Source: Oscillospiraceae bacterium (GTDB lineage Bacteria > Bacillota > Clostridia > Oscillospirales > CAG-272). From it: DNA of 64,000 bases. Positions within the stretch are counted from its first letter, which is position 1, and each line of letters begins with the position of its first letter. Positions 9,251 through 19,024 of the stretch are shown one piece after another. The stretch spans positions 14,248 through 78,247 of the forward strand of contig SVRP01000003.1 in assembly GCA_015064735.1 (NCBI GenBank), read 5' to 3'. The notes below the pieces were generated by a model. The model saw only the letters and a list, made by a program, of their open reading frames with translations. It was not told the origin of the DNA and made no database searches. The translations under genes were made by a program, and so were the position numbers.

Positions 9251-10414
9251 CTAAATCCGTCTTAACAGCCCGCTTACAATCTGTCTTGCCTGTCTGTCAG
9301 AAGTTATTATACCCTCAAGATCATGTATATTTTTCGTGTTTTCCATAAGTCTTACCGTCTCGCATACAGACTCGCCTATGGTAAGGAAGGATATTCTTCC
9401 TTTTAGAAATTCGGCTACCGCCACCTCATTTGCCGCATTCAGAACAGCGGGGAGCGCACCTCCCTTTCCTATGCTGTCTATTGCGCACTTTAGAAGCGGA
9501 AAGGTCTCGGTATCGGGCTCCATAAAGGTAAGCTTTCCAACCTTGAAAAGGTCAAGCTGCTCAATTGTCGCCTCTGTCCTTTCGGGACAAGTAACGGCAT
9601 ACTGAGCACACAGTCTCATATCGGGAACCGACATCTGCGCTATGACGCTATTGTCAATATATTCGACCATTGAATGTATTATACTTTCGCGGTGAACGAC
9701 TACCTGTATCCTGTTTGACGGAACGCCGAACAAATGCACTGCTTCAATAACCTCAAAGCCCTTATTCATAAGGGTTGCCGAATCGATGGTTATCTTTGCG
9801 CCCATCTTCCACGTCGGATGCGCCAACGCCTGATCAACGGTTATATTTGAAAGCTGCTCCGTGCTGTATCCGTAAAACGGCCCGCCTGACGCGGTAAGCA
9901 AAATTCTTTTGACCTCTCGGGGTTTTCCGGATTTCAAGCACTGAAAAATTGCCGAGTGCTCGCTGTCTACGGGGAGAATTTCAACTCCCTTTTCTCTTGC
10001 TTTAGCGGTAACTATCTCCCCCGCAACAACAAGAGATTCTTTGTTGGCAAGAGCGAGCCTTGCGCCTGACTCGATTGCCGAAAGGCTTGGAAGAAGTCCT
10101 GCTTCTCCTATTATCGAGTTAAGAACAACGTCTCTTTTCTGTGCTTCTATCATCTCGCAAATTCCCGCATCGCCCGAATATATCTTGACGTCGGTATCAG
10201 CAAGTCTTACTCGAAGCTCTTTTGCCGCATTTTCGTCAGCCATGGCGACAGCCTCGGTATTGAATTTTCTTGCCTGCTCCTCAACACGCAAAAAGTTTTT
10301 ATTTGCGCTGATGGCGCTGACCTGCATATTCATCTTCTCGGCTACGTCTATAGCCTGTTCACCAACCGACCCCGTAGAGCCGAGAATGGCAATATTTCTT
10401 CTTTCTTCGGTCAT
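9251..10414 (-). CDS. dxr: 1-deoxy-D-xylulose 5-phosphate reductoisomerase
   Basis: Trimmed to the ATG at 10414 (GGAG RBS). MTEERRNIAILGSTGSVGEQAIDV is the NADPH loop. The longer track ORF would overlap cdsA. Confidence 0.9.
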   Translation of the reverse strand: MTEERRNIAILGSTGSVGEQAIDVAEKMNMQVSAISANKNFLRVEEQARKFNTEAVAMADENAAKELRVRLADTDVKIYSGDAGICEMIEAQKRDVVLNSIIGEAGLLPSLSAIESGARLALANKESLVVAGEIVTAKAREKGVEILPVDSEHSAIFQCLKSGKPREVKRILLTASGGPFYGYSTEQLSNITVDQALAHPTWKMGAKITIDSATLMNKGFEVIEAVHLFGVPSNRIQVVVHRESIIHSMVEYIDNSVIAQMSVPDMRLCAQYAVTCPERTEATIEQLDLFKVGKLTFMEPDTETFPLLKCAIDSIGKGGALPAVLNAANEVAVAEFLKGRISFLTIGESVCETVRLMENTKNIHDLEGIITSDRQARQIVSGLLRRI

Positions 10415-10433
10415 TTTTACACTCCGACTGTTT

Positions 10434-11288
10434 TTATATAAATGAAATTCCAAGTAACGACGCAAACATAAAGATCGCGCCAAGCGTTACCGACACCGCC
10501 GAAATAGAATCAAATCTGTCAAGCATTCCGCCGTGTCCGGGGAATATCTTTCCAAAATCCTTTATACCGTAATGTCTCTTGACCACTGACATTATAAGAT
10601 CTCCTATCTGAGATACAACTGAAATAATCACAGCGGTTACTACAAAAAATGCTATATTCATATTTCCGATACCGAAGACTACCCAGCCGAAAACAAAATA
10701 GGATATTACGCATATAAATATTCCGCCGATGCTTCCCTCAACAGTCTTTTTGGGGCTTACGTCCTCAATAAGCTTATGCTTTCCAAAGAAAACGCCCGTA
10801 AAATACGCCCCGATATCGGTCATCCATGCACCGATAAATATGAGGAAATAAAGATATTCTCCGCCCTGCACAAAAAATCTTATATACATGATGCAGTCAA
10901 TTGCCGCTATAATATAGGTCGCCATTGCGAACATGGTAAGCGAGTCGGAAAAACGCAAATTTCCGTGAGACCAAACTGTTACGGAAAAGAGATACACAAG
11001 ATAAAGCGCGCTGAATGTAAATGCTATAACAGCAAACGCTTTTATATCTCCCAAAGGATTGTACCTTATGTAGGACGGTGCTCCTGCTCCAAAAAGATAC
11101 AGCGGCACGGTAAGGTAGAGCTTTTTCTCCAAGCCCATACACTTAAACATCTCAAAAAGACATATTACCGTTACGATTCCCAATGCAATGGGAAATACCA
11201 CGGTATTAGAAAGAAGCACTGCTCCGAGAAAAACCACGAACGCTACGGCTCCCGTTATTATTCTTACAAGCATAATTCTGCCTTTCAC
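10434..11288 (-). CDS. cdsA: Phosphatidate cytidylyltransferase
   Basis: Polytopic membrane protein with the C-terminal signature SVVKRHYGIKDFGKIFPGHGGMLDRFDS. The GTG start overlaps the uppS stop; an ATG at 11273 is an alternative start. Confidence 0.85.
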   Translation of the reverse strand: MKGRIMLVRIITGAVAFVVFLGAVLLSNTVVFPIALGIVTVICLFEMFKCMGLEKKLYLTVPLYLFGAGAPSYIRYNPLGDIKAFAVIAFTFSALYLVYLFSVTVWSHGNLRFSDSLTMFAMATYIIAAIDCIMYIRFFVQGGEYLYFLIFIGAWMTDIGAYFTGVFFGKHKLIEDVSPKKTVEGSIGGIFICVISYFVFGWVVFGIGNMNIAFFVVTAVIISVVSQIGDLIMSVVKRHYGIKDFGKIFPGHGGMLDRFDSISAVSVTLGAIFMFASLLGISFI

Positions 11289-11995
11289 ACTCCGCCAAAT
11301 CGGCGTTTTCTTTGTTTAAAGTTTTCTACAACCGCATCTACGTCATCGGTAGTAAAATCGGGCCAGAGCTTATCTGTAAAATAAAGCTCGGCATAGGCTG
11401 ACTGCCATAAAAGGAAGTTGGAAATTCTCAGATCCCCACCCGTTCTGACTATCATATCAACGTCGGGGGACTCACAGGTATATACACATCTTGAAATATC
11501 TTCCTCGGTAATATTAGTCTTTCCCTCGGCTATCAGCTTATTTGCGGCATAAGCTATCTCATCTCTGCCACCGTAATTTAGCGCAAGATTGACAATGTAC
11601 TCGTTATCCTTGGACATTTCTTCAACCTCATACATTTTCTTTCGGATCTTTTCGGTAAAAATTGCTTTATCACCAAGGAAAATAAATCTCGCGTTATAAT
11701 CCTTTATCTGTCTTTTACAGTCATCAAGATATTGCGAGAGCAGTCTCATAATGGCGTCAACCTCTTTTTTAGGTCTTTTCCAGTTTTCGGTAGAGAAAAC
11801 GTAAAAGGTTGCTGCTCCTATTCCTACCTCGTAGCAATATCTCATTATTTTATCGAAGACCTCTGCTCCGTGCTTATGTCCGAATTCGCGGGGCATTCCT
11901 CTTTTTTTAGCCCACCTTCCGTTTCCGTCCATAATGAAAGCGACATGCTTTAAGGGACACGCCTCTTTCCTTTCCTGTCTTTCCTTGTTATCCAT
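11285..11995 (-). CDS. uppS: Isoprenyl transferase (undecaprenyl diphosphate synthase)
   Basis: HVAFIMDGNGRWAKKRG and the remaining cis-prenyltransferase motifs. Confidence 0.9.
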   Translation of the reverse strand: MDNKERQERKEACPLKHVAFIMDGNGRWAKKRGMPREFGHKHGAEVFDKIMRYCYEVGIGAATFYVFSTENWKRPKKEVDAIMRLLSQYLDDCKRQIKDYNARFIFLGDKAIFTEKIRKKMYEVEEMSKDNEYIVNLALNYGGRDEIAYAANKLIAEGKTNITEEDISRCVYTCESPDVDMIVRTGGDLRISNFLLWQSAYAELYFTDKLWPDFTTDDVDAVVENFKQRKRRFGGV

Positions 11996-12051
11996 TTTAA
12001 CTCCTAATTATAAATTCAGGACGGGCTATAAACCCGCCCTGCTTTTCAGGT

Positions 12052-12606
12052 TCAGATCTGCATGATCTCTTTTTCTTTCTTGGATGTTACCGCGTCAACC
12101 TCTTTGATGTACTTATCAGTAAGGTCCTGAACAGACTTTTCGGAAGCCTTCTGCTCGTCCTCGGTCATCTCGCCGTCCTTCTTCATCTTCTTGCAAAGGT
12201 CGTTTGCGTCTCTTCTTACGTTACGGATAGCAACCTTTGCATCCTCGCCGAACTTCTGAATCTGCTTTACGAGCTCGCGGCGACGCTCCTCGGTAGGCTG
12301 AGGGAATACAAGACGGATGATCTTACCGTCGTTAGTGGGAGTAATTCCAACGTCGGACGCAAGAATAGCCTTCTCCATTGCCTTAAGAGTAGTTGCATCA
12401 TAAGGAGTTATAGTAAGAGTCTTTGCATCTGCAACTCTGATGTCTGCCATAGAAGTAATAGGCGTGGGAGCTCCCCAGTATTCGAAATTAACCTTGGAAA
12501 TAACGGCTGCGTTTGCCTGTCCTGCTCTTATGGATCCGAGATTTTCCTCATAGACCGATATAGCCTTCTTCATCTTTTCTTCAAAATCTTTGGTATTAAG
12601 CTTCAT
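12052..12606 (-). CDS. frr: Ribosome recycling factor
   Basis: 184 aa. Typical RRF sequence: ...RAGQANAAVISKV...PTEERRRELVK... Confidence 0.95.
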   Translation of the reverse strand: MKLNTKDFEEKMKKAISVYEENLGSIRAGQANAAVISKVNFEYWGAPTPITSMADIRVADAKTLTITPYDATTLKAMEKAILASDVGITPTNDGKIIRLVFPQPTEERRRELVKQIQKFGEDAKVAIRNVRRDANDLCKKMKKDGEMTEDEQKASEKSVQDLTDKYIKEVDAVTSKKEKEIMQI

Positions 12607-12640
12607 AAAAACCTCCGTATGTATTTATATATCTTATTTT

Positions 12641-13357
12641 TTATTTGTGAATTTCAGTACCTATGCGCTCTCCCATAACAACACGGTAAATGTTCATGGG
12701 ATCCTTGAGTCCGAAAGCATAGGACGTTATGTTGTTTTCCATGCAGAAGGTTGCCGCCGAAAGGTCAAGCGCCTTAAGCTCCTTTGCAACCATTTCCTTG
12801 TAGGTTAGCTCGTCGTATCTGGTTGCCGTCGGATCGACCTTGGGGTCAGCCGTATACACTCCGTCTATATTCTTTGCCATGAGCACTGCATCCGCCTCTA
12901 TCTCAGCAGCTCTGAGCACTGCCGCCGTATCGGTGGAAAAGAAGGGTGAGCCCGTGCCGCATCCAAAAATAACGATCTTTCCCGATTCAAGTGCCGCAAC
13001 TGCCTCTCTTGTAGAATATTTATCTGCAAACGTCTGCATTTCCACTGCAGTCATGACCTTGGTATCAAGCCCTGCCTCAATAAAGGTATCCTGAAGAGCA
13101 AGAGCATTTATTGCCGTGGCAAGCATTCCCATACTGTCAGCTCTTACACGGTTCATCTTTCCGCTTTGTCTGCCTCTCCATATATTACCCGCGCCCACGA
13201 TAATACCTATCTCTACGCCTTGGCTTACGCACTTTTTCAGCACGTCAGCAATCTCTCCGATAAAGTCAAAGTTAAGAATTCCGTCGGTGCCTGCCGAAAG
13301 AGCTTCTCCCGAAAGCTTAAGAAGTACACGCTTATATTTGGGTGTTGTTTTCTGCAT
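12641..13357 (-). CDS. pyrH: UMP kinase
   Basis: Trimmed to the ATG at 13357 (GAGGAAAGG RBS). MQKTTPKYKRVLLKLSGEAL... is the amino-acid kinase fold. Confidence 0.9.
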   Translation of the reverse strand: MQKTTPKYKRVLLKLSGEALSAGTDGILNFDFIGEIADVLKKCVSQGVEIGIIVGAGNIWRGRQSGKMNRVRADSMGMLATAINALALQDTFIEAGLDTKVMTAVEMQTFADKYSTREAVAALESGKIVIFGCGTGSPFFSTDTAAVLRAAEIEADAVLMAKNIDGVYTADPKVDPTATRYDELTYKEMVAKELKALDLSAATFCMENNITSYAFGLKDPMNIYRVVMGERIGTEIHK

Positions 13358-13396
13358 AAAATATCCACTCACCTTTCCTCTAAACATACCGAATAT

Positions 13397-13425
13397 ATTT
13401 TACTACATTTCACCCATTTTGTAAA
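13397..13425 (-). promoter_or_regulatory. Promoter of the pyrH-to-polC gene string
   Basis: Minus strand: TTTACA (13425-13420), a 17-nt spacer, then TAAAAT (13402-13397). Confidence 0.5.
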
Positions 13426-13573
13426 CAGTTATTTATAAATTTTTCCTATTTACTAATAATTTTTTTATTTTTTACGAAAAATCAAAAATATTTACAAAAA
13501 TATAAACAAATTTCCCGTATTTTATGATAAAATAATTTAATGAACTTTTAGAAACAAGGAAATTATTTTAATT

Positions 13574-14425
13574 ATGAAAAACAGATCAACGGCATCAAGC
13601 ACCGAACCAAAGCAATATATCCACATCGGACTCATTATGGCAATTCTTCTCTTCTCTATTCATGCTCTGATTTTTTTGGTTATCACGCCTATATACGAGG
13701 CCTGCCAGACCGACATCGTAATCCCGGTTACCATATGTGAGATAATACGAGAGACCATTGATATTCTCGATACGGTTGTTCGAATTATCGGATTTGCTAT
13801 TCTTGCAATCGTATTTTTCATGGGAACACAAAAAAAATTCCCCTTTGTTTTAATTTACATAGGCGCATTCCTGTTCAGATACGTTGGCGCACTGACTATG
13901 TCCTATATTTTTAACCACGAGCTTCAGCTCGGTGAGCTTTATATGACGTCAATGTCTTTTGTTCTCGACCTCGTTTTCCTTGGAATCGCTCTATTAATAA
14001 TTTCGAGATTCGCAAAAGCCTACCGCAAATATTCTGCCATAAAGCAAAAGCGTTCTCCCGCTCATGACGGAAAAATAACTTTGAATTCCAAGGCGCTTTA
14101 CCCTTTCGGAAAAGTATATAACAGTCAAAATCTTCTTCAGTGCTGCTTCCTCGTTCTCGGAATATACCTTTCACTGATTAAAATTGCTAACAGAAGCATA
14201 GCCATTATAAATCAGGGCTTCACCAATGAATTTCTCTATTTCGACAGCAATCTCGCCCTTTTCGGCGGATATGCCGTTGACATTCTTACATTTGCAATAG
14301 CTTATGGAGTTGCCTGCCTTGTCGCAGCATCCTTTTACAAATTATATATGAGGAAGAAAACTGCTTACGAGATTTTCTCGGCAAAAGAAATCAAGACCGC
14401 TGACTCCGAAGATACAGCGGTCTGA
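13574..14425 (+). CDS. Hypothetical polytopic membrane protein
   Basis: 283 aa with about 7 hydrophobic segments. I see no recognisable motif. Confidence 0.5.
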   Translation: MKNRSTASSTEPKQYIHIGLIMAILLFSIHALIFLVITPIYEACQTDIVIPVTICEIIRETIDILDTVVRIIGFAILAIVFFMGTQKKFPFVLIYIGAFLFRYVGALTMSYIFNHELQLGELYMTSMSFVLDLVFLGIALLIISRFAKAYRKYSAIKQKRSPAHDGKITLNSKALYPFGKVYNSQNLLQCCFLVLGIYLSLIKIANRSIAIINQGFTNEFLYFDSNLALFGGYAVDILTFAIAYGVACLVAASFYKLYMRKKTAYEIFSAKEIKTADSEDTAV

Positions 14426-14434
14426 TAAAAGCCT

Positions 14435-15322
14435 TTAACTTAAAAGCTTTTGCAGTAATTCAATTTTATCTATTGAGTACTCGTACGCTCCCTTAAAATC
14501 CTCTATCTCCCTGCAACATATCTCAATATCTCCGAAAACAAGATAAAGCATAGGTTGAGGTATGGGATGCTCCCAAAGAAGTATCGACTTCAAGCACAAG
14601 TGCGCTTCTGCGTATTCACCATTTTTCATATGCTGCTTCGCAAGCAAATGTTGCACATACGGTGAGCCATCCTTTCCAACAGAGAGGATGGCATCTCTGT
14701 CGGTCTCGGAATCCTCATCACCGTCAATACGGTCAAGCATAAGCACGTACCGACAGAATTCATCGGTCATGGCGGGATAAACGTTGATCTCATTTTCATC
14801 TACGGTATTAGATGAAACCGTCGCGGAAATTCTTCTCATATACCTGAAATATGCTCCCGCTGCCGCAATTATATAATCCGTACGGTAAAGTGTATTTCCG
14901 CAGGCTTCGATTGCTTCGTCAAAAGTCTTACAGCACTCCCTGAGCTTTCCGTCGAAAAATTCTTCAATTCCTATTGCAAGACAGCATTCACAAAGAATCA
15001 TACGTATTTCATCGTCGCCTTCGCTCTCGGCGGTAAGGCACATATCACGGCAAATACGGTAATCCTCATTCATAAAGGCTTTTTTTATGCCGATTATTTC
15101 GTTATGCTTGAAATATATCCGCTCGTCCTCCCCTTCGGATATTAAAAATCCCGGGGATACGTTAAGCCTTGCGGCTATATATTTTATAGTCTCTAAGGAC
15201 GGATTTGCATTTCCGTTTTCTATCTGGCTAAGCATATTGCGAGTAATTTCTGAACCCACAAGCTCTGACTGAGTCATAAGCTTTGACGTTCGAAGCTTTT
15301 TTATCTTTTCGCCTATTTTCAT
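14435..15322 (-). CDS. XRE-family HTH regulator with a helical-repeat (TPR-like) C-terminal domain
   Basis: N-terminus KIKKLRTSKLMTQSELVGSEITRNMLSQIENGNANPSLETIKYIAARLNVS is a Cro/C1 HTH. The roughly 220-aa C-terminal domain is helical. Confidence 0.7.
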   Translation of the reverse strand: MKIGEKIKKLRTSKLMTQSELVGSEITRNMLSQIENGNANPSLETIKYIAARLNVSPGFLISEGEDERIYFKHNEIIGIKKAFMNEDYRICRDMCLTAESEGDDEIRMILCECCLAIGIEEFFDGKLRECCKTFDEAIEACGNTLYRTDYIIAAAGAYFRYMRRISATVSSNTVDENEINVYPAMTDEFCRYVLMLDRIDGDEDSETDRDAILSVGKDGSPYVQHLLAKQHMKNGEYAEAHLCLKSILLWEHPIPQPMLYLVFGDIEICCREIEDFKGAYEYSIDKIELLQKLLS

Positions 15323-15406
15323 AATCTAAAGCTCCTTCTGAATCTTTAGACTATTTTACCATACTTTCATACGAAAATCAATAGAAAAAGTAAATATTAT
15401 TTACTT

Positions 15407-17146
15407 TTATTTCAGCCTGTACTTTTCAAGATAATTTCTTTGAAGCTTGACGAATTCCGCTTCGTTGTCGTGTCCTGCTCCGTGCAGGTGTAGCTCGGAA
15501 GCTCCTGTTCGTAACTCACGCATACATTCGGCAATATTAACGCTATGATCGCCAACTCTCTCAAGATCGGTGAGAATATCGTTCAGTATGAAGCTCTGTG
15601 CGGTATTACATTCCTTTCTCTGCAATATATCAATGTTTTTTCGCTTTATATTGAAGCAAAGGTCGTCAATTACGTTTTCAAGAGCGTCAACCTTATCCAT
15701 ACTGTTACCGTGCAACGCACAATCGCAGATTTCCTCAACGGCATCCAAAAGTAATGAAAGCTCGGCGGATATTTCGGATGACACGTCAACATGCTTGTCC
15801 TTTATTTCCTTTGCAGACTCGCAAAGATTTTCCGCATGGTCGCATATACGTTCTATATCCCCGAGCATATGCAGATACGCGCCTATTTCTCTGTTATCCT
15901 TGTCCGATATGCTTCTTGCAGAGATTTTTATAAAATAACTTCCTATATTATCCTCGTATTTATCGACCCTTTCCTCTATACTTTCTATTCTTGAGGCAGT
16001 TTTCGGGTCATACTCCCTTTTCAGCATTCCCGACGAAAGTCTCAATGCTTCAAGAGATAATGCTCCCATTTCCGCGGTAAGCTCTTTAGCCCTCGTAGCG
16101 GCAACCGTAGGAGTTACAAGAAGTCTGTCATCCAGTGCTTCGCATTTATCCTCATCCTCATTTTTATCACGGACGACCATACGCGCAATCCGTTCGAGTA
16201 TTCCTGACATAGGGAACAAAACAACAAAGGAAAGAAGATTGAACACCGTGTGAACCAAAGCAATTCCCCACATGTCAATACTGTTTGAGAGGAAGGCAGC
16301 GTTTAATAAATATCTTAATATAAACAATACTCCCATGCCGAGGGCAGAGCCTATTACGTTAAAGCTCAGGTGAATGACCGACGCGCGCTTGGCGTTTTTG
16401 CTTGCTCCGACCGATGCAATTATGGCAGTAATACAGGTACCTATATTCTGACCCATTATTATGGGGATAGCATTTCCGTAGGTTATGGCACCCGTTGCCG
16501 TCAACGACTGTAATATACCGATAGACGCCGACGAGCTTTGAATAATTGCCGTCAGTATCATTCCCGCTAAAAGTCCCAGCAAAGGATTTTCGAACTTAAG
16601 AAGTATTGAGCGAAAGGTCTCATTTTCGGACAACCCCGAGACAGCATCGGACATAGTATCCATTCCAATCATGAGAACTGAAAATCCAAGCAATATTACG
16701 CCTACGCTCTTTTTTATATTATTCTTTGATGCCATAAAAAGGATTATGCCTATAACCGCAAGAATGGGAGTAAAGGTCGAGGGCTTGAACCATGAAAGCG
16801 CGTTTCCCAGTCCCGCGCCTCCCTCAAGCTCCGAAAGACCTGTGAGCCACGAGGTAACGGCGGTTCCCACGTTTGCTCCCATTATAACACCCACGGCTTG
16901 AGACAAAAGCATAGCTCCCGAGTTTACAAATCCCACTACCATGACTGTTACGGCAGACGATGACTGTATTACGGCAGTAACTGCCCCTCCAAGTAAAAAG
17001 CCTTTGGTCTTGCTTGACGTAGCCTTAGACAGAAACCCCTTTAGACCGCTGCCCATGCTGCTTTTGAGCGCATCGCTCATAATGTTCATGCCAAACAGAA
17101 ATAGTGAAATCCCGAGAATCAATTTCAATACATCAAATACATTCAT
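15407..17146 (-). CDS. Na/Pi cotransporter family protein with PhoU-like C-terminal repeats
   Basis: Two QSSSA repeats (AVIQSSSAVTV and AIIQSSSASIG) and a soluble helical C-terminal region with ERVGDH/ERICDH PhoU-like motifs. Confidence 0.8.
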   Translation of the reverse strand: MNVFDVLKLILGISLFLFGMNIMSDALKSSMGSGLKGFLSKATSSKTKGFLLGGAVTAVIQSSSAVTVMVVGFVNSGAMLLSQAVGVIMGANVGTAVTSWLTGLSELEGGAGLGNALSWFKPSTFTPILAVIGIILFMASKNNIKKSVGVILLGFSVLMIGMDTMSDAVSGLSENETFRSILLKFENPLLGLLAGMILTAIIQSSSASIGILQSLTATGAITYGNAIPIIMGQNIGTCITAIIASVGASKNAKRASVIHLSFNVIGSALGMGVLFILRYLLNAAFLSNSIDMWGIALVHTVFNLLSFVVLFPMSGILERIARMVVRDKNEDEDKCEALDDRLLVTPTVAATRAKELTAEMGALSLEALRLSSGMLKREYDPKTASRIESIEERVDKYEDNIGSYFIKISARSISDKDNREIGAYLHMLGDIERICDHAENLCESAKEIKDKHVDVSSEISAELSLLLDAVEEICDCALHGNSMDKVDALENVIDDLCFNIKRKNIDILQRKECNTAQSFILNDILTDLERVGDHSVNIAECMRELRTGASELHLHGAGHDNEAEFVKLQRNYLEKYRLK

Positions 17147-17189
17147 AAAATTCTCCTTAAAAAAGATACAGGTTGAAAGGATTTAAAAT

Positions 17190-17882
17190 ATGTTAATTAA
17201 AGGTTTTCAAAAAACTACACTTCTTGATTATCCCTCAAAGGTTGCCGCAACCGTTTTTACCGGGGGCTGTAATTTCCGCTGTCCCTTTTGCCACAACGCG
17301 TCGCTTGTAACTCATATAGATAACGAAAACGATATTTCTGAAAATGAGATACTCGAATATCTCAAAAAAAGAAAGGGGATACTTGACGGAATCTGCATAA
17401 CAGGCGGTGAGCCTACGCTTCAGCCTGACCTTAAGGATTTCTGTAAAAAAGTAAAAGAAATCGGGCTTCTTATCAAGCTTGACACTAACGGAACCCGTCC
17501 CGAGCTTCTTTCGGAGCTAATCAACGAAAAGCTAATTGATTACGTGGCTATGGATATTAAGAATTCTAAGGAAGCCTACGCGCAGACCTGCGGAATACCC
17601 GAATTTCCCCATGGCGTGGAAGAAAGCATTTACATTTTGATAAACTCGGATATTCCTTACGAATTTCGCACGACGGTGGTAAGAGAGCTTCATTCAAAAG
17701 ATAATATTGCTTCTCTCTGTCAGTGGATAAAGGGAGCAAAAAAATATTATCTTCAGCGTTTTACCGACTCGGGAGACCTTATTTCAGAGGGACTTTCTTC
17801 CCTTTCCGATGAAGAAATGGAAGAGCTTCTTGAGGTTGCAAGAGAGTATATTCCCTCAGCGGAGCTTAGGGGTGTAGGATAA
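17190..17882 (+). CDS. nrdG: Anaerobic ribonucleoside-triphosphate reductase activating protein (radical SAM)
   Basis: MLIKGFQKTTLLDYPSKVAATVFTGGCNFRCPFCHN contains the CxxxCxxC cluster. 230 aa, and class III RNR genes are adjacent. Confidence 0.8.
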   Translation: MLIKGFQKTTLLDYPSKVAATVFTGGCNFRCPFCHNASLVTHIDNENDISENEILEYLKKRKGILDGICITGGEPTLQPDLKDFCKKVKEIGLLIKLDTNGTRPELLSELINEKLIDYVAMDIKNSKEAYAQTCGIPEFPHGVEESIYILINSDIPYEFRTTVVRELHSKDNIASLCQWIKGAKKYYLQRFTDSGDLISEGLSSLSDEEMEELLEVAREYIPSAELRGVG

Positions 17883-18006
17883 TCCTTAATAATTATCATC
17901 CGCATTATCTCCCAAAACAATTCAAAAAAGCATAAATCTATTTGAATTTCACATTTCTATTTTAACATATCGAATCATTACCTTCAACCGATTTTTCATA
18001 AAAAAA

Positions 18007-18043
18007 CGGACACACAGAGGACAATTTTTCCTCGGTGTGTCCG
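18007..18043. terminator. Bidirectional terminator between convergent nrdG and trxB
   Basis: CGGACACACAGAGG ... CCTCGGTGTGTCCG, with an A-run before and a T-run after. Confidence 0.7.
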
Positions 18044-18049
18044 TTTCTT

Positions 18050-18961
18050 TTATTTTTTGGAGTCAATATATCTGCAAGCGGCAAGAGCGGCTATGGCTCC
18101 GTCGGATGATGCCGTAGTAACCTGTCTTACTGCCTTTGTGCGACAATCCCCCGCAACAAAAACGCCCTCGGTATCGGTAAGGCATGATTCGTCCGCAATT
18201 ATATAGCCGTAGTCGTTAAGCTTTGTGATATTTTCAAAGCACTCGTTTTCGGGCTGCTGACCAATCGCCACAAAAATTCCGGGCACATTAAGAATGCTCT
18301 CCTGCCCTGTTTTACTGTTTTTAAGCCTTACAGCTTCAAGAGACTCATCTCCAATAAGCTCTGTAACAAGGGTATCGTAAATAAGTGTTACGTTGTCCTT
18401 TTTCTCAAGGATTTCAAGAAGCTTTGCTTCTCCCGTCATAAATGAAAGATTCTGAATAACTGTTACGTGGGAGCAAAGCTCGGAAAGCATTACCGCCTCT
18501 TGAAGCGCAGTGTTTCCTCCACCTACAATGGCAACGTCCCGTCCCGTGAAGAATGCCCCATCGCAAACCGCGCAATAATAAACACCGTTTCCCACAAGCT
18601 CGTTTTCTCTGTCAAGTCCAAGCTGACGGTGCTTTGAGCCCGCCGCAATAATAACCGACTTTGCTTCGTAATCACCCATATCGGTAACGACGGTCTTTGT
18701 GTCGCCGTTATCGCGTATTGCAGTAACTTCAGCAAGCTCTATATCAGCGCCATGCTCCATTACCTGCTCAACCATCATCTGACCGAGCTCGTTTCCGCTT
18801 ACCTGCATAAGGGTAGGATAATTTTCGACCTTTGGAGAATGAGTTATCTGTCCTCCAAAGCTCTCTTTTTCTATTAAAAGAACAGACTTATCCGCTCTGC
18901 GCGCGTAAAGCGCAGCGGTAAGACCCGCGGGACCCGCTCCGATTATAACTATATCGTGCAT
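18050..18961 (-). CDS. trxB: Thioredoxin-disulfide reductase
   Basis: GAGPAG FAD site, CAVCDG redox-active disulfide, GGGNTA NADPH site. 303 aa. Confidence 0.9.
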   Translation of the reverse strand: MHDIVIIGAGPAGLTAALYARRADKSVLLIEKESFGGQITHSPKVENYPTLMQVSGNELGQMMVEQVMEHGADIELAEVTAIRDNGDTKTVVTDMGDYEAKSVIIAAGSKHRQLGLDRENELVGNGVYYCAVCDGAFFTGRDVAIVGGGNTALQEAVMLSELCSHVTVIQNLSFMTGEAKLLEILEKKDNVTLIYDTLVTELIGDESLEAVRLKNSKTGQESILNVPGIFVAIGQQPENECFENITKLNDYGYIIADESCLTDTEGVFVAGDCRTKAVRQVTTASSDGAIAALAACRYIDSKK

Positions 18962-18982
18962 TTTTTCTCCTTACAATCACGG

Positions 18983-19014
18983 CAACAAGGCATTGTAAAT
19001 ACAATGCCTTGTTG
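18983..19014 (-). other. Intercistronic 14-bp stem-loop between nrdD and trxB, with no T-tract
   Basis: CAACAAGGCATTGT / AAAT / ACAATGCCTTGTTG. On the minus strand it is followed by CCGTGATTG and then the trxB RBS. Confidence 0.5.
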
Positions 19015-19024
19015 GAATTTTTAG

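Noticed and set aside
14435-15406. An RNPP-type quorum-sensing cassette (XRE/TPR regulator plus signalling peptide).
   Set aside because: I found no plausible short secreted-peptide ORF in the flanking 84-nt and 9-nt gaps or overlapping the regulator's ends. Only the regulator annotation is kept.
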